A DNA stretch of 64,000 nucleotides from an uncultured Isosphaeraceae bacterium (GTDB lineage: Bacteria > Planctomycetota > GCA-002687715). The notes under the pieces were generated by a model. That model was not told where the DNA came from and did no database searches. It saw only the letters and a program-made list of their open reading frames with translations. Position 1 is the first letter of the stretch; every line of letters starts with the position of its first letter. Positions 56,024-64,000 of this stretch are shown piece by piece. Location of the stretch: the NCBI GenBank assembly GCA_964507445.1, contig CAZDQF010000012.1, positions 65,989-129,988 of the forward strand. The letters run 5' to 3'. The position numbers and the translations under genes were made by a program.

Positions 56024-58585
56024 GTGTCCACGCCCATGATGAAGCAGTTCCACGCCGCGAAGGCGGAGCACCCTGACGGCCTGCTCTTCTTCCGCATGGG
56101 GGACTTCTTCGAGCTGTTCGGGGAGGACGCGGTGGTCGCCTCCCAGGAGTTGAACCTCACCCTGACGTCGCGAGAGAAGGGGGACGGGGCGTTGCCAATG
56201 GCCGGGGTGCCGGTGCGCAGCGTGGAGGGGTACATCAACCGCCTCATCCGTCTCGGTCGGAAGGTCGTGGTCTGCGATCAGGTCCAGGACCCATCCGAGG
56301 CCAAGGGCATCGTGGAGCGGGCGGTGACCCGGGTCGTGACCCCGGGCACGGTCCTGGAAGAGGAGGGGCTCGTGGACGGCGAGCACAACTTCCTCTGTGG
56401 GGTGATGGTCAGCGGCGACGTGGCCGGCCTCGCTTACGCCGACATCAGCACGGGGACCTTCCTGCTGGAAGAGGTGCAGGCCGAGCGGATGGTGGACGGC
56501 GTCCTGCAGGTGGACCCAGCGGAGTGCCTGCTGCCGGAGTCCGCCCTGGACGCAGACAGCCCCTATGCGGTGTTGCGAGAGGCGCTGGAGAGTCCGTGTT
56601 CCACGTTCCCGGACTGGCGATTCGACCGCGACGAAGCGGAACGCCTGCTGAAAGAGCAGTTCCGTGTCGCCCGGCTTGAGGGTTTCGGAGTGGGTGAGCT
56701 CGGTCCCGCCATCGGGGCCGCCGGCGCTGTCCTCCAGTACCTCCTGGACACCCAGAAGGGCGCCCTCGCCCACCTGACCCGGATGCGGCGGGTGCGGCGC
56801 GACCAGACCATGGTGCTTGATCGCACCACCCGCGCGTCCCTGGAGCTGGCCTCCACACTCAAGGACAAGAGCCGGAAGGGGAGCCTCATCTGGGTGCTGG
56901 ACCGGACCCAGTCATCCATGGGTTCGCGCATGCTCAGGGACTGGATCCTGGAGCCACTTCGGGATGTGGACGCCATCCGCGCGCGCCAGGACGGCGTGGA
57001 AGAGCTGCTGGAGGATGAGGTCCTGAGGGAGGACCTCCGCTCCGTCCTCAAGCCCGTTCAGGACATGGAGCGTCTGCTGGCTCGACTCTCTACCGGCCGT
57101 GGAACCGCCCGTGAGCTGGTGGGGCTCCGCTCCAGCTTGCGGGCCTTGCCGCTGGTCAAGGGCAAGTTGAAGGCGTGCTGGAGCGCTCCGCTCAAGGGGA
57201 TCGTGGAGGACACGCCGGACCTCGATGAGCTGACAGACCTGCTCGAGCGAGCGCTCAAGGACGAGGTCCCACCCACCATCCGCGAGGGCGGGATGATCCG
57301 CGAGGGCTTCGATCCGGAGCTGGATGAGCTGCGAGAAGTGGGGAGCAAGAACAAGTCCTGGATCGCCGCGTTCCAGGTCAGCGAGTCTGAGCGCACCGGG
57401 ATCTCGAACCTGAAGATCGGCTTCAACAAGGTGTTCGGGTACTACATCGAGGTTACGCACGCCAACACCACCCGGGTGCCCCCGGAGTACGTGCGTAAGC
57501 AGACCCTCAAGAACGCCGAGCGCTACATCACTCCCGAGTTGAAGGAGTACGAGGAGAAGGTCCTGGGGGCAGAGGACCGTATCCGTGAGCGCGAGACCGA
57601 GCACTTCTTGCGTCTTCGGGAGCAGGTGAGGGAAGAGCTGCTGGAGATCCAGGCGGCGGCGGACGCGCTGGCGCGGCTGGACGCCCTCCAATCCCTGGCC
57701 CAGGTGGCTCGAGAGAACCGGTACGTCCGACCGGAAGTGGACGACTCCCGGGACATGGAGGTGGTGGAGGGGCGTCATCCGGTGCTGGACCACATGGCCT
57801 CCGATGAGCCCTTCGTCCCCAACGACCTCCGGTTGTTCGGAGGTGACCGGGAGCTGGCGCTGATCACCGGTCCGAACATGGCCGGTAAGTCGACGTTCAT
57901 TCGGCAGGCGGCGCTGCTGGTGATCATGGGGCAGGCGGGCTCTTTCGTCCCCGCGGACTCGGCGCGCATGGGCGTGGTGGACCGGGTCTTCACGCGGGTC
58001 GGCGCGTCCGACGAGCTGCAGCGGGGCAACTCCACCTTCATGGTGGAGATGATCGAGACCGCGGAGATCATCAACAACGCCACGGACCGCAGCCTGGTGA
58101 TCCTGGACGAGGTGGGGCGGGGCACCTCCACCTTCGACGGTCTCGCCATCGCCTGGGCGATCACCGAGTTCCTGGCCAACGAGGTCAAGAGCCGCGCGCT
58201 GTTCGCCACCCACTACCACCAGCTCCTCGAGCTGGCCGACTCCCTCCCCAACACGTTCAACCTGCACGTGGCGGTGCGCGAGTGGGGCGACGAGATCGTC
58301 TTCCTTCACAAGATCATCGAAGGCGGAACGGACCGCTCCTACGGCATCCACGTGGCGCGTCTGGCGGGGCTGCCGCGTGCGTTGCTAGCGCGGGCGGAGG
58401 CGGTGCTCGACCGCGTCGAAGCGGAGCAGGAGTCGGGAGCCGCCATGGGGGTCGGGGAGCAGCAGCTCAACCTGTTCGTCGAACCTGATGACCGGCTGCG
58501 TGCGGCGCTCAAGGATGTGGACGTCAACGACCTGTCGCCCAAGGCGGCCCTGGAGCTGCTGTATCGCCTCAAGGAGCTGGCGTGA
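56024..58585 (+). CDS. mutS: DNA mismatch repair protein MutS
   Basis: N-terminal mismatch-binding MKQFHAAKAEHPDGLLFFRMGDFFELFGEDA, Walker A GPNMAGKST, DELGRGTSTFDG, and a C-terminal dimerisation/HTH region. Confidence 0.95.
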   Translation: MSTPMMKQFHAAKAEHPDGLLFFRMGDFFELFGEDAVVASQELNLTLTSREKGDGALPMAGVPVRSVEGYINRLIRLGRKVVVCDQVQDPSEAKGIVERAVTRVVTPGTVLEEEGLVDGEHNFLCGVMVSGDVAGLAYADISTGTFLLEEVQAERMVDGVLQVDPAECLLPESALDADSPYAVLREALESPCSTFPDWRFDRDEAERLLKEQFRVARLEGFGVGELGPAIGAAGAVLQYLLDTQKGALAHLTRMRRVRRDQTMVLDRTTRASLELASTLKDKSRKGSLIWVLDRTQSSMGSRMLRDWILEPLRDVDAIRARQDGVEELLEDEVLREDLRSVLKPVQDMERLLARLSTGRGTARELVGLRSSLRALPLVKGKLKACWSAPLKGIVEDTPDLDELTDLLERALKDEVPPTIREGGMIREGFDPELDELREVGSKNKSWIAAFQVSESERTGISNLKIGFNKVFGYYIEVTHANTTRVPPEYVRKQTLKNAERYITPELKEYEEKVLGAEDRIRERETEHFLRLREQVREELLEIQAAADALARLDALQSLAQVARENRYVRPEVDDSRDMEVVEGRHPVLDHMASDEPFVPNDLRLFGGDRELALITGPNMAGKSTFIRQAALLVIMGQAGSFVPADSARMGVVDRVFTRVGASDELQRGNSTFMVEMIETAEIINNATDRSLVILDEVGRGTSTFDGLAIAWAITEFLANEVKSRALFATHYHQLLELADSLPNTFNLHVAVREWGDEIVFLHKIIEGGTDRSYGIHVARLAGLPRALLARAEAVLDRVEAEQESGAAMGVGEQQLNLFVEPDDRLRAALKDVDVNDLSPKAALELLYRLKELA

Positions 58586-58627
58586 CCGTCGCCCAGGGAC
58601 ACGATCGCCGACCGGTCGGGACCCGGT

Positions 58628-59062
58628 ATGGGCTCTGATCGCCCCTCGGATCGGTTCCTGGAAGCGTTGATCGCGGCGTTCGTGTCCTGCCATGAGGCGG
58701 ACCTGCCGCCCGTGTCCGACACCCGGGCATCAGCGCGCCTGAGGCAGATGATCCAGCGGTTGCCGCGCTCGGAGCGCGCCCTGCTGAACGGGGGCTTCAT
58801 GGTGCTCCAGTCTCTGGCGATCTTGCGCTTCGGGCGTCCCGTTCAAGGGCTCGGCGTGGACCGCGCGCGCCGCCTGGTGCGGTCCCTGGAGGGTGCTCCG
58901 CTGAAGCCCCTGCGCAGGCTCCACTACGGATTGAAGATGCTCTGCCAGTTCTCCTACTTCGCTGACGAAGGTGCGTGGGCGGCCTGTGACTACGGAGGGC
59001 CCTGGCTGGGTCGCGTGGAGGTGGAGGTGTCGGAGCCGCCGGACCTGGGAGGGCAGGTGTGA
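58628..59062 (+). CDS. Small accessory protein upstream of the GMC oxidoreductase (gluconate 2-dehydrogenase subunit-3-like), hypothetical
   Basis: 144 aa, 4-nt overlap with the downstream GMC gene. Assignment by context only. Confidence 0.4.
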   Translation: MGSDRPSDRFLEALIAAFVSCHEADLPPVSDTRASARLRQMIQRLPRSERALLNGGFMVLQSLAILRFGRPVQGLGVDRARRLVRSLEGAPLKPLRRLHYGLKMLCQFSYFADEGAWAACDYGGPWLGRVEVEVSEPPDLGGQV

Positions 59063-60594
59063 CCCGTGAGCTACGCTGCGAGGTCTGCGTGGTGGGCTCC
59101 GGGGCGGGAGGGTCGGCCGCGGCCGCCACCTACGCCGCCGGGGGGCGCGACACCCTGTTGCTGGAGGCGGGCGCGCACCATCCGCCGTCCACCTTCGATC
59201 AACGTGAGGATCAGATGATCCCTCGTCTCTACGCCGACGCGGGCCTCCGCATGACGTCGGATCAGTCCATGATGGTCATGTCCGGCGAGGGGCTCGGTGG
59301 TTCCACGGTCCACAACACGGGGCTGGCGGTCCCCGCTCCGCGGGCCGTGCTGGATCGTTGGGGCGCTGACGGTGGCCTGCCCGTAGATCCGGCGGCGTTC
59401 GACGCAGCTCAGCAGGAGGTCCTCCGACGCATGGAGGCGCGGCCTGTTGATGACGACGAGATCAACACCAACAACCGTCTCCTCATGGAGGGTGCGCGGT
59501 CGGTCGGGCTCTCCTACATGGTGGCCCGCCACAATCGCCGACGTTGCTCCGGGTGCGGCTTCTGCATGATTGGTTGCGCCTACAACCGAAAACGCAACGC
59601 CCTGTTCTCGTGGCTGGAGGAGGGGGTGAGGTCGGGGCTTCGGATGGTCGTCGAGTCACCGGTGGAGCGCATCGTTGAACGAGCGGACCATGCCCTGGTC
59701 CGAGGGGCCGGGTTCACCGTGCGCGCCCAGGAGGTGGTGGTGGCGGGGTCGGCCATCGGCACTCCAGTGCTCCTGCGTCGCTCCGGGCTGGGGCCACGGC
59801 GGGTCGGGCGCAACCTGCGGTTGCACCCCTTCGCGCCGGTCGCGGCGGTGTTCGATGAGCCTGTTTCCGCATGGCGCGGGGTTCCCCAGTCGGTGCTGGT
59901 CACCGGAGGCGCCCGGTTCCTGGAGGGCGGCCGTGGCGGCTGGATCCTCATGGCCGCGGGCCGCGGGCCCCGCGGGGCGGCGGCCCGGGGGCCCGGGGAG
60001 TGGGCCGGGCGGGGGGGGGGCGGGTGGAGCGGCTGGCCCGGGGCGGCCGGCCCGGGGGCTACGGCGGCCTTCGTCCCTGGCTATGGGACGGAGGTGGCGG
60101 ATGTGATGCGTCGTTATGGTCACCTCGCCTCCGCCGGGGTCCTGCTCCATGACGAGGAGCCCGGGCGGGTGAGGGGACGGCGGGGCGGGCGCCCGTTCAT
60201 TCGATCCTGGCCCAGGAGCGAGGACCGCCGGGGTCTGGTGGATGGGGTCGAGGCCCTGGCCCGGCTCTATCTTGCGGCAGGGGCGAGAGAGGTCATGTTG
60301 CCGTTTCGATCGAGGCCACGGGCGCAGACCCCAGCCGCCCTCGAGGGACTCCACGAGCTGCCGTTTCGCCCCTACGACGTGTCGCTCAACTCCGTGCACC
60401 CGCAGGCCAGCGTCCCCATGGGCAACCACCGATCGGCCTGCGTCACGCCGGATGGACGGTTGCGCGGCACGAGGCGGGTACGGGTGGCGGACGGGTCGTT
60501 GTTCCCCGGCTCCGTCGGCGTCCCGCCTCAGGTGGCGATCATGACCTTCGGCATGCTGGTGGCCACCGCGGCTCTCTCTGACAAGCCGCGGTGA
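59059..60594 (+). CDS. GMC-family FAD-dependent oxidoreductase (contains a Gly/Arg-rich low-complexity insert)
   Basis: N-terminal FAD-binding VCVVGSGAGGSAAAATYAAGGRDTLLLEAG. C-terminal GMC substrate-binding region (HPQASVPMGNHR...VADGSLFPGSVGVPPQVAIMTFGM). Confidence 0.75.
   Translation: MTRELRCEVCVVGSGAGGSAAAATYAAGGRDTLLLEAGAHHPPSTFDQREDQMIPRLYADAGLRMTSDQSMMVMSGEGLGGSTVHNTGLAVPAPRAVLDRWGADGGLPVDPAAFDAAQQEVLRRMEARPVDDDEINTNNRLLMEGARSVGLSYMVARHNRRRCSGCGFCMIGCAYNRKRNALFSWLEEGVRSGLRMVVESPVERIVERADHALVRGAGFTVRAQEVVVAGSAIGTPVLLRRSGLGPRRVGRNLRLHPFAPVAAVFDEPVSAWRGVPQSVLVTGGARFLEGGRGGWILMAAGRGPRGAAARGPGEWAGRGGGGWSGWPGAAGPGATAAFVPGYGTEVADVMRRYGHLASAGVLLHDEEPGRVRGRRGGRPFIRSWPRSEDRRGLVDGVEALARLYLAAGAREVMLPFRSRPRAQTPAALEGLHELPFRPYDVSLNSVHPQASVPMGNHRSACVTPDGRLRGTRRVRVADGSLFPGSVGVPPQVAIMTFGMLVATAALSDKPR
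60011..60020. repeat. G10 homopolymer inside the GMC oxidoreductase gene
   Basis: gggggggggg flanked by c on both sides, in a stretch encoding low-complexity GRGGGGWSG. Confidence 0.9.
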
Positions 60595-60613
60595 CCCGGG
60601 AGCCAGCGGCGGG

Positions 60614-61162
60614 TTACTTGCTCTTGGCGGCGTCGAAGGACCTGACCCACGCCATGAACGCGGCGTCCTGCGGGTCCAGGACCGAGGCCGCTCCGATGGA
60701 CTTGATGTAGAGCGGGCCGCCGGGGGTCTCGATGACAGCCGCGACGAGCCGGCTGTCAGGCTTGTTGTTGCGCTCCGTGGCCCCTGGCCTGACCGGAGCC
60801 ACGTAGGTGCCACGGGCGTCCAGCATATGGACCTTGAAGCCCTTGCGGATGTCGAACGTCTTGGTCTCCGGGTCCTTGGTGGTCTTGATCTGTTTGCGCC
60901 AACGGTCCAGGTTGGCCTTGACCCCACCGGCGCCGCGCTTGCCGAACCAGTACACCACCACGTCCACGCTCTCGGACTTGTGGCTGATCTTCCACGTGGC
61001 CGCGCGCATGGTGGAGGTGGTCTTCACCTCCTTCCAAGTCGCGGGGACCTGACAGGTCACCCCCGGAGGGGTGAGGGTCTTGGAGACGGTCTTCGCCTTC
61101 TTCTCGTCCTGCGCGGCGACGGTCACCGCCAGCAGGCTGAGGACAACGCATGTGATTCGCAT
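60614..61162 (-). CDS. Hypothetical secreted protein (signal peptide)
   Basis: MRITCVVLSLLAVTVAAQ signal peptide. Lys-rich 182-aa protein with no recognisable motif. Confidence 0.5.
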   Translation of the reverse strand: MRITCVVLSLLAVTVAAQDEKKAKTVSKTLTPPGVTCQVPATWKEVKTTSTMRAATWKISHKSESVDVVVYWFGKRGAGGVKANLDRWRKQIKTTKDPETKTFDIRKGFKVHMLDARGTYVAPVRPGATERNNKPDSRLVAAVIETPGGPLYIKSIGAASVLDPQDAAFMAWVRSFDAAKSK

Positions 61163-61181
61163 GCGTCCATGTTAACCGGCC

Positions 61182-62732
61182 TCAACGGAGTCGGAAGTGA
61201 TCGCCGTCCCTCTGGAACTCCAGGGTGATGCTCTCCGTGGTGGTCGGGCCGATCACCTTGCACTCCACAGTGGCGGAATCCGCCCCTCGCTCCACGGTCC
61301 CCAGGGTCAGCCGGAACCGAGGGTCGCTGAGCCGGTCGGACAAGGAGACGAAGGAGGCGCGGTTGGCGGTGGTGTCGTATCCCGGTGCGCAGAGGGTCCG
61401 GTAGAGCGCGAAGTCGCGCTTGGTGACAGCCTCGCGCCAGGTGTTGAACAGGCCTGCGAGGACGTCCTCTCCCGAGTCTGTCGCGTCCTGACGGGGACTC
61501 TCGAAGGTGAAGCTGCTGATGCACTGCTCCATGAGCGCGCCGGTGGTGTCCAGCAGGTCCGCACGCGTGGCGTAGGACAGGACGTAGACCTGGTCCTGCT
61601 GCCACGTCACCAGCATGCGGCCCTGGTTGCTGGCGCCGCTCTGCGCGCTGCTCCCCACGCGGTACGAGCGGGCCGGGCGACCCGAGACGTGGGTGTCCGT
61701 CCCGTCGGAGTAGGTGAGAGACAGGCCACGCTTGACGTAGGACGACTTGAGGGTGGTGAGGAAGCGCTGGGCGATGGCGTCCAGGTTCTTCTCCACCAGC
61801 CACTCCGGGCGGCGGGACCGATAGCGCAGGATCTGGATCTCGGTCTCCGTGGTCTGGTCGCCCGCGGATTGCGCCTGCCGCGTGAAGGAGACCAGGGAGT
61901 TGGCGTTGCGGTCTTCGCGGTAGATGGAGAAGCCGCTGGGGACGTTGATGCTGAACGCGCCGGCCGGTTCCCTGTGCGTGATGAGCTCGGGTGCCTTCGT
62001 GGTCCGGGCTGGGGTGTTGTCTGACGGGGCCTCGGGTCCCGGTTCAGCGTGTTCGACTGTCGGGCGCAGGACGGTCGGCCCGTCGCCCTTCCGCGCCCAT
62101 ATCTCCTTGAGCACGTCCTGGTGAACTCCCTGGCGGGTCATGTCCAGGAGGTCGTCCACGGCGACGTCGAAGCGGGCGTCGGCCTTGCGGATACGCCGGA
62201 TGATCTCGTTGGCGGGGATGTTCGCTCGGGTCATGTCCACCACGCCCCCGGTGCTCACCGTGGTCGCCGCCTGCGCCACCTCGGTGGTGGTCTTGCCGCG
62301 AGCACGCATCTCCTTGATCACCTCTGCCGGGACGCCCCGTCGTGCGAGCCCCACCAGATCATCGATCGTGAGGTCGAAGCGGCTGTCGGTCTTGCGGATC
62401 CTGGCGATGACGTCCTCGCCGTTCACGCCCATCTCCACGAGGGCCATGACGTCGGCGATGTTCATGGGGTCCGGTTGGCGCAGCTTCAGCTCGTTCTCGA
62501 GCCGGGTCACGAGGCCTTGATCGAGACCCCCCTTGCGCAGCCTTTGGACCGAGCTAGCGTCCAGATCGACGGGGATGCCATGCTGATCCACCAGCCTGAT
62601 CAGCTCCGTGGCCGAGACTCCGGCCTCGTGCAGAGTGACCAGAACTTCCGTGTTCATCTGCGGTTCCTGCGCTACCGCGACGCCGGCGAACGCCGACAAC
62701 GACAACAGCAGGACGACGGTCTTCCCGGACAT
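61182..62732 (-). CDS. Secreted protein with three tandem about 42-aa repeats at the N-terminus (unknown family)
   Basis: Signal peptide MSGKTVVLLLSLSAFAGVAVAQ with RBS AAGGAGA. Three repeats share the pattern [DN].I.R.(R/V)....F/P.D..(V/L)D.L......G(V/L)...V..E.... (ATELIRLVDQHGIPVDLDASSVQRLRKGGLDQGLVTRLE / EDVIARIRKTDSRFDLTIDDLVGLARRGVPAEVIKEMRAR / ANEIIRRIRKADARFDVAVDDLLDMTRQGVHQDVLKEIWAR). Confidence 0.6.
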   Translation of the reverse strand: MSGKTVVLLLSLSAFAGVAVAQEPQMNTEVLVTLHEAGVSATELIRLVDQHGIPVDLDASSVQRLRKGGLDQGLVTRLENELKLRQPDPMNIADVMALVEMGVNGEDVIARIRKTDSRFDLTIDDLVGLARRGVPAEVIKEMRARGKTTTEVAQAATTVSTGGVVDMTRANIPANEIIRRIRKADARFDVAVDDLLDMTRQGVHQDVLKEIWARKGDGPTVLRPTVEHAEPGPEAPSDNTPARTTKAPELITHREPAGAFSINVPSGFSIYREDRNANSLVSFTRQAQSAGDQTTETEIQILRYRSRRPEWLVEKNLDAIAQRFLTTLKSSYVKRGLSLTYSDGTDTHVSGRPARSYRVGSSAQSGASNQGRMLVTWQQDQVYVLSYATRADLLDTTGALMEQCISSFTFESPRQDATDSGEDVLAGLFNTWREAVTKRDFALYRTLCAPGYDTTANRASFVSLSDRLSDPRFRLTLGTVERGADSATVECKVIGPTTTESITLEFQRDGDHFRLR

Positions 62733-62842
62733 AAGTCGTCTCCTTGGGGGGCCGGCGGAGGCCGGCCGATTCACCTGTCTTGACCTCTATCGGCAAGAAC
62801 CGACCCGTGACATCCTGAAAACCAGCAGGAGATGCACATTTC

Positions 62843-64000
62843 ATGACCTCTGTCGCGAAATACGACGGTCTTGAGCAGCGGGAGTGGCTCTGTGCCACGG
62901 GCGGTGGTGGCTACGCCCTCGGGACCAGCTCCGGTGTGGCGACGCGGCGCTACCACGGGAACCTGATCGTGGCCTACCCCCCGCCGTTGGGCAGGATCAT
63001 GGTCTGGCCCCGGACGGAGGAGGTCCTGGTCACGGCTGGCGGGAGATCCGTCCCCATCGCCCGCGCCTGGTACGGACCCGGCGTCCTCACCCCGGTGGAC
63101 GCCGTGGAGGCAGTCGCGTTCTCCCTCGCTCCCGATGGTTCCCCGTGCTGGGTCTTCGACGTGGAGGGACACCGGATCAGGCGTCGCCTGACGGTCGGTG
63201 AACGTCACGCGGAGCTGCGGTTCGACCTGCTCTCCGGCGACCCGTGTGACGTGCTCGTCCGACCGCTCCTGACCTGGCGCAGCCACCATCACCTGATCCG
63301 GGAGCCGGACGTGTCTTCCATCCAGGTGACGTTCGGTGGCGAGGTGGAGGACGACCAGCCGCACGTCTACGAGAACGCGCTCTGTCCGAGGGAGCGGGAT
63401 CGAGGCTACGACTACGAAGAGAATCTGGTGGCCCCTCTTCAGGTGCGCCTGCCCGTAGGCGGAGATCGAAGCTGGCTGCGTGTGTCCGTCGGTTCGGAGT
63501 CGGGGTCGTGTCCTTCCTCGGACGCGGCGGCGAGGGCGGCGGCGTCCTTCATCGTGCGGCGTCCGGACGGCCACCGGGGGATCATCGCCGGTTACCCGTG
63601 GTTTGGTGAGTGGGGTCGAGACACCATGATCGCGATCCCCGGGTTGCTGTTGCCGCACGATCCCGGAGGCGCTCGCGAGATCATGGAGGCCTGGTGTCAG
63701 CGTCTGCGACGTGGCCTGCTCCCCTGCCAGCTGTCCGACGGATCTCCGGATGAGCTCCACACCAACACCGCGGACGCGGCGCTGCGCATGTTGGATGCGG
63801 CGGCGGCGCTCTACCTCGTGGAGCCCGGCTCCGTGGATCAGCCCCTGCGAGAGGCGGTGTTCGCGGTCTTGGATGCGTACCACGAGGGTACGGACCACGG
63901 CATCTTCGTGGACGATGACGGTCTGTTGGTGGCGGGAGCGCCCGGGGCGGCGCTGACCTGGATGGACGCCATCGGATCGGATGGACCGGTGACCCCGAGG
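62843..64000 (+). CDS. Glycogen debranching enzyme family protein (GDE N-terminal domain plus amylo-alpha-1,6-glucosidase domain), partial (runs off the window end)
   Basis: Manual translation from ATG 62843 stays open to the window end. GYPWFGEWGRDTMIAIPGLLL and LTWMDA are hallmark GDE-family motifs. It is not in the ORF track because no stop falls inside the window. The overlapping minus-strand ORF 62771-63898 is its antisense artefact. Confidence 0.72.
   Translation, partial: MTSVAKYDGLEQREWLCATGGGGYALGTSSGVATRRYHGNLIVAYPPPLGRIMVWPRTEEVLVTAGGRSVPIARAWYGPGVLTPVDAVEAVAFSLAPDGSPCWVFDVEGHRIRRRLTVGERHAELRFDLLSGDPCDVLVRPLLTWRSHHHLIREPDVSSIQVTFGGEVEDDQPHVYENALCPRERDRGYDYEENLVAPLQVRLPVGGDRSWLRVSVGSESGSCPSSDAAARAAASFIVRRPDGHRGIIAGYPWFGEWGRDTMIAIPGLLLPHDPGGAREIMEAWCQRLRRGLLPCQLSDGSPDELHTNTADAALRMLDAAAALYLVEPGSVDQPLREAVFAVLDAYHEGTDHGIFVDDDGLLVAGAPGAALTWMDAIGSDGPVTPR

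Noticed and set aside
62771-63898. 375-aa minus-strand ORF from the track
   Set aside because: Low-complexity Arg/Pro/Gly-rich translation, antisense to a well-supported plus-strand glycogen-debranching-family gene that runs off the window.

Overview
This 64 kb window is high-GC (about 68-70%), gene-dense bacterial chromosomal DNA. I found no rRNA, tRNA, CRISPR array or obvious mobile element.

The central 17 kb is two tandem, same-strand giant genes (17164-29004, 3946 aa; 29393-34129, about 1578 aa). Each encodes a secreted protein with an N-terminal trypsin-like (S1) serine protease domain, arrays of IPT/TIG Ig-like domains, and (in the larger gene) two FG-GAP/VCBS beta-propeller arrays. 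The two proteins share a paralogous N-terminus and a conserved C-terminal domain of about 170 aa. A fragment of the neighbouring beta-helix gene 3' end and a conserved terminator hairpin are duplicated between them, which marks a segmental duplication.

Upstream on the same strand runs an ECF sigma factor, a PaaK-like acyl-CoA ligase, a patatin phospholipase, and FadJ/FadB-thiolase genes with overlapping start/stop codons. Flanking this core are:
- a GT39/PMT-family glycosyltransferase and a secreted parallel beta-helix protein;
- two paralogous glycine-rich secreted proteins of about 950 aa, 45 kb apart, with poly-Gly tracts;
- housekeeping genes (UvrD-family helicase, RtcB, PurU, MutS, QueD, an orphan ThiF-like E1, YqgE/AlgH, a DASS transporter, a GMC oxidoreductase, an M14 carboxypeptidase, a DUF255 thioredoxin-like protein);
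- a sigma-54 activator with FHA and GAF domains, next to an FHA-domain gene cut by the window start.

Two real genes run off the window edges and are absent from the ORF track (FHA protein at 1-608 minus strand; glycogen-debranching-family enzyme at 62843-64000 plus strand). Many long antisense or alternate-frame ORFs in the track are high-GC artefacts.
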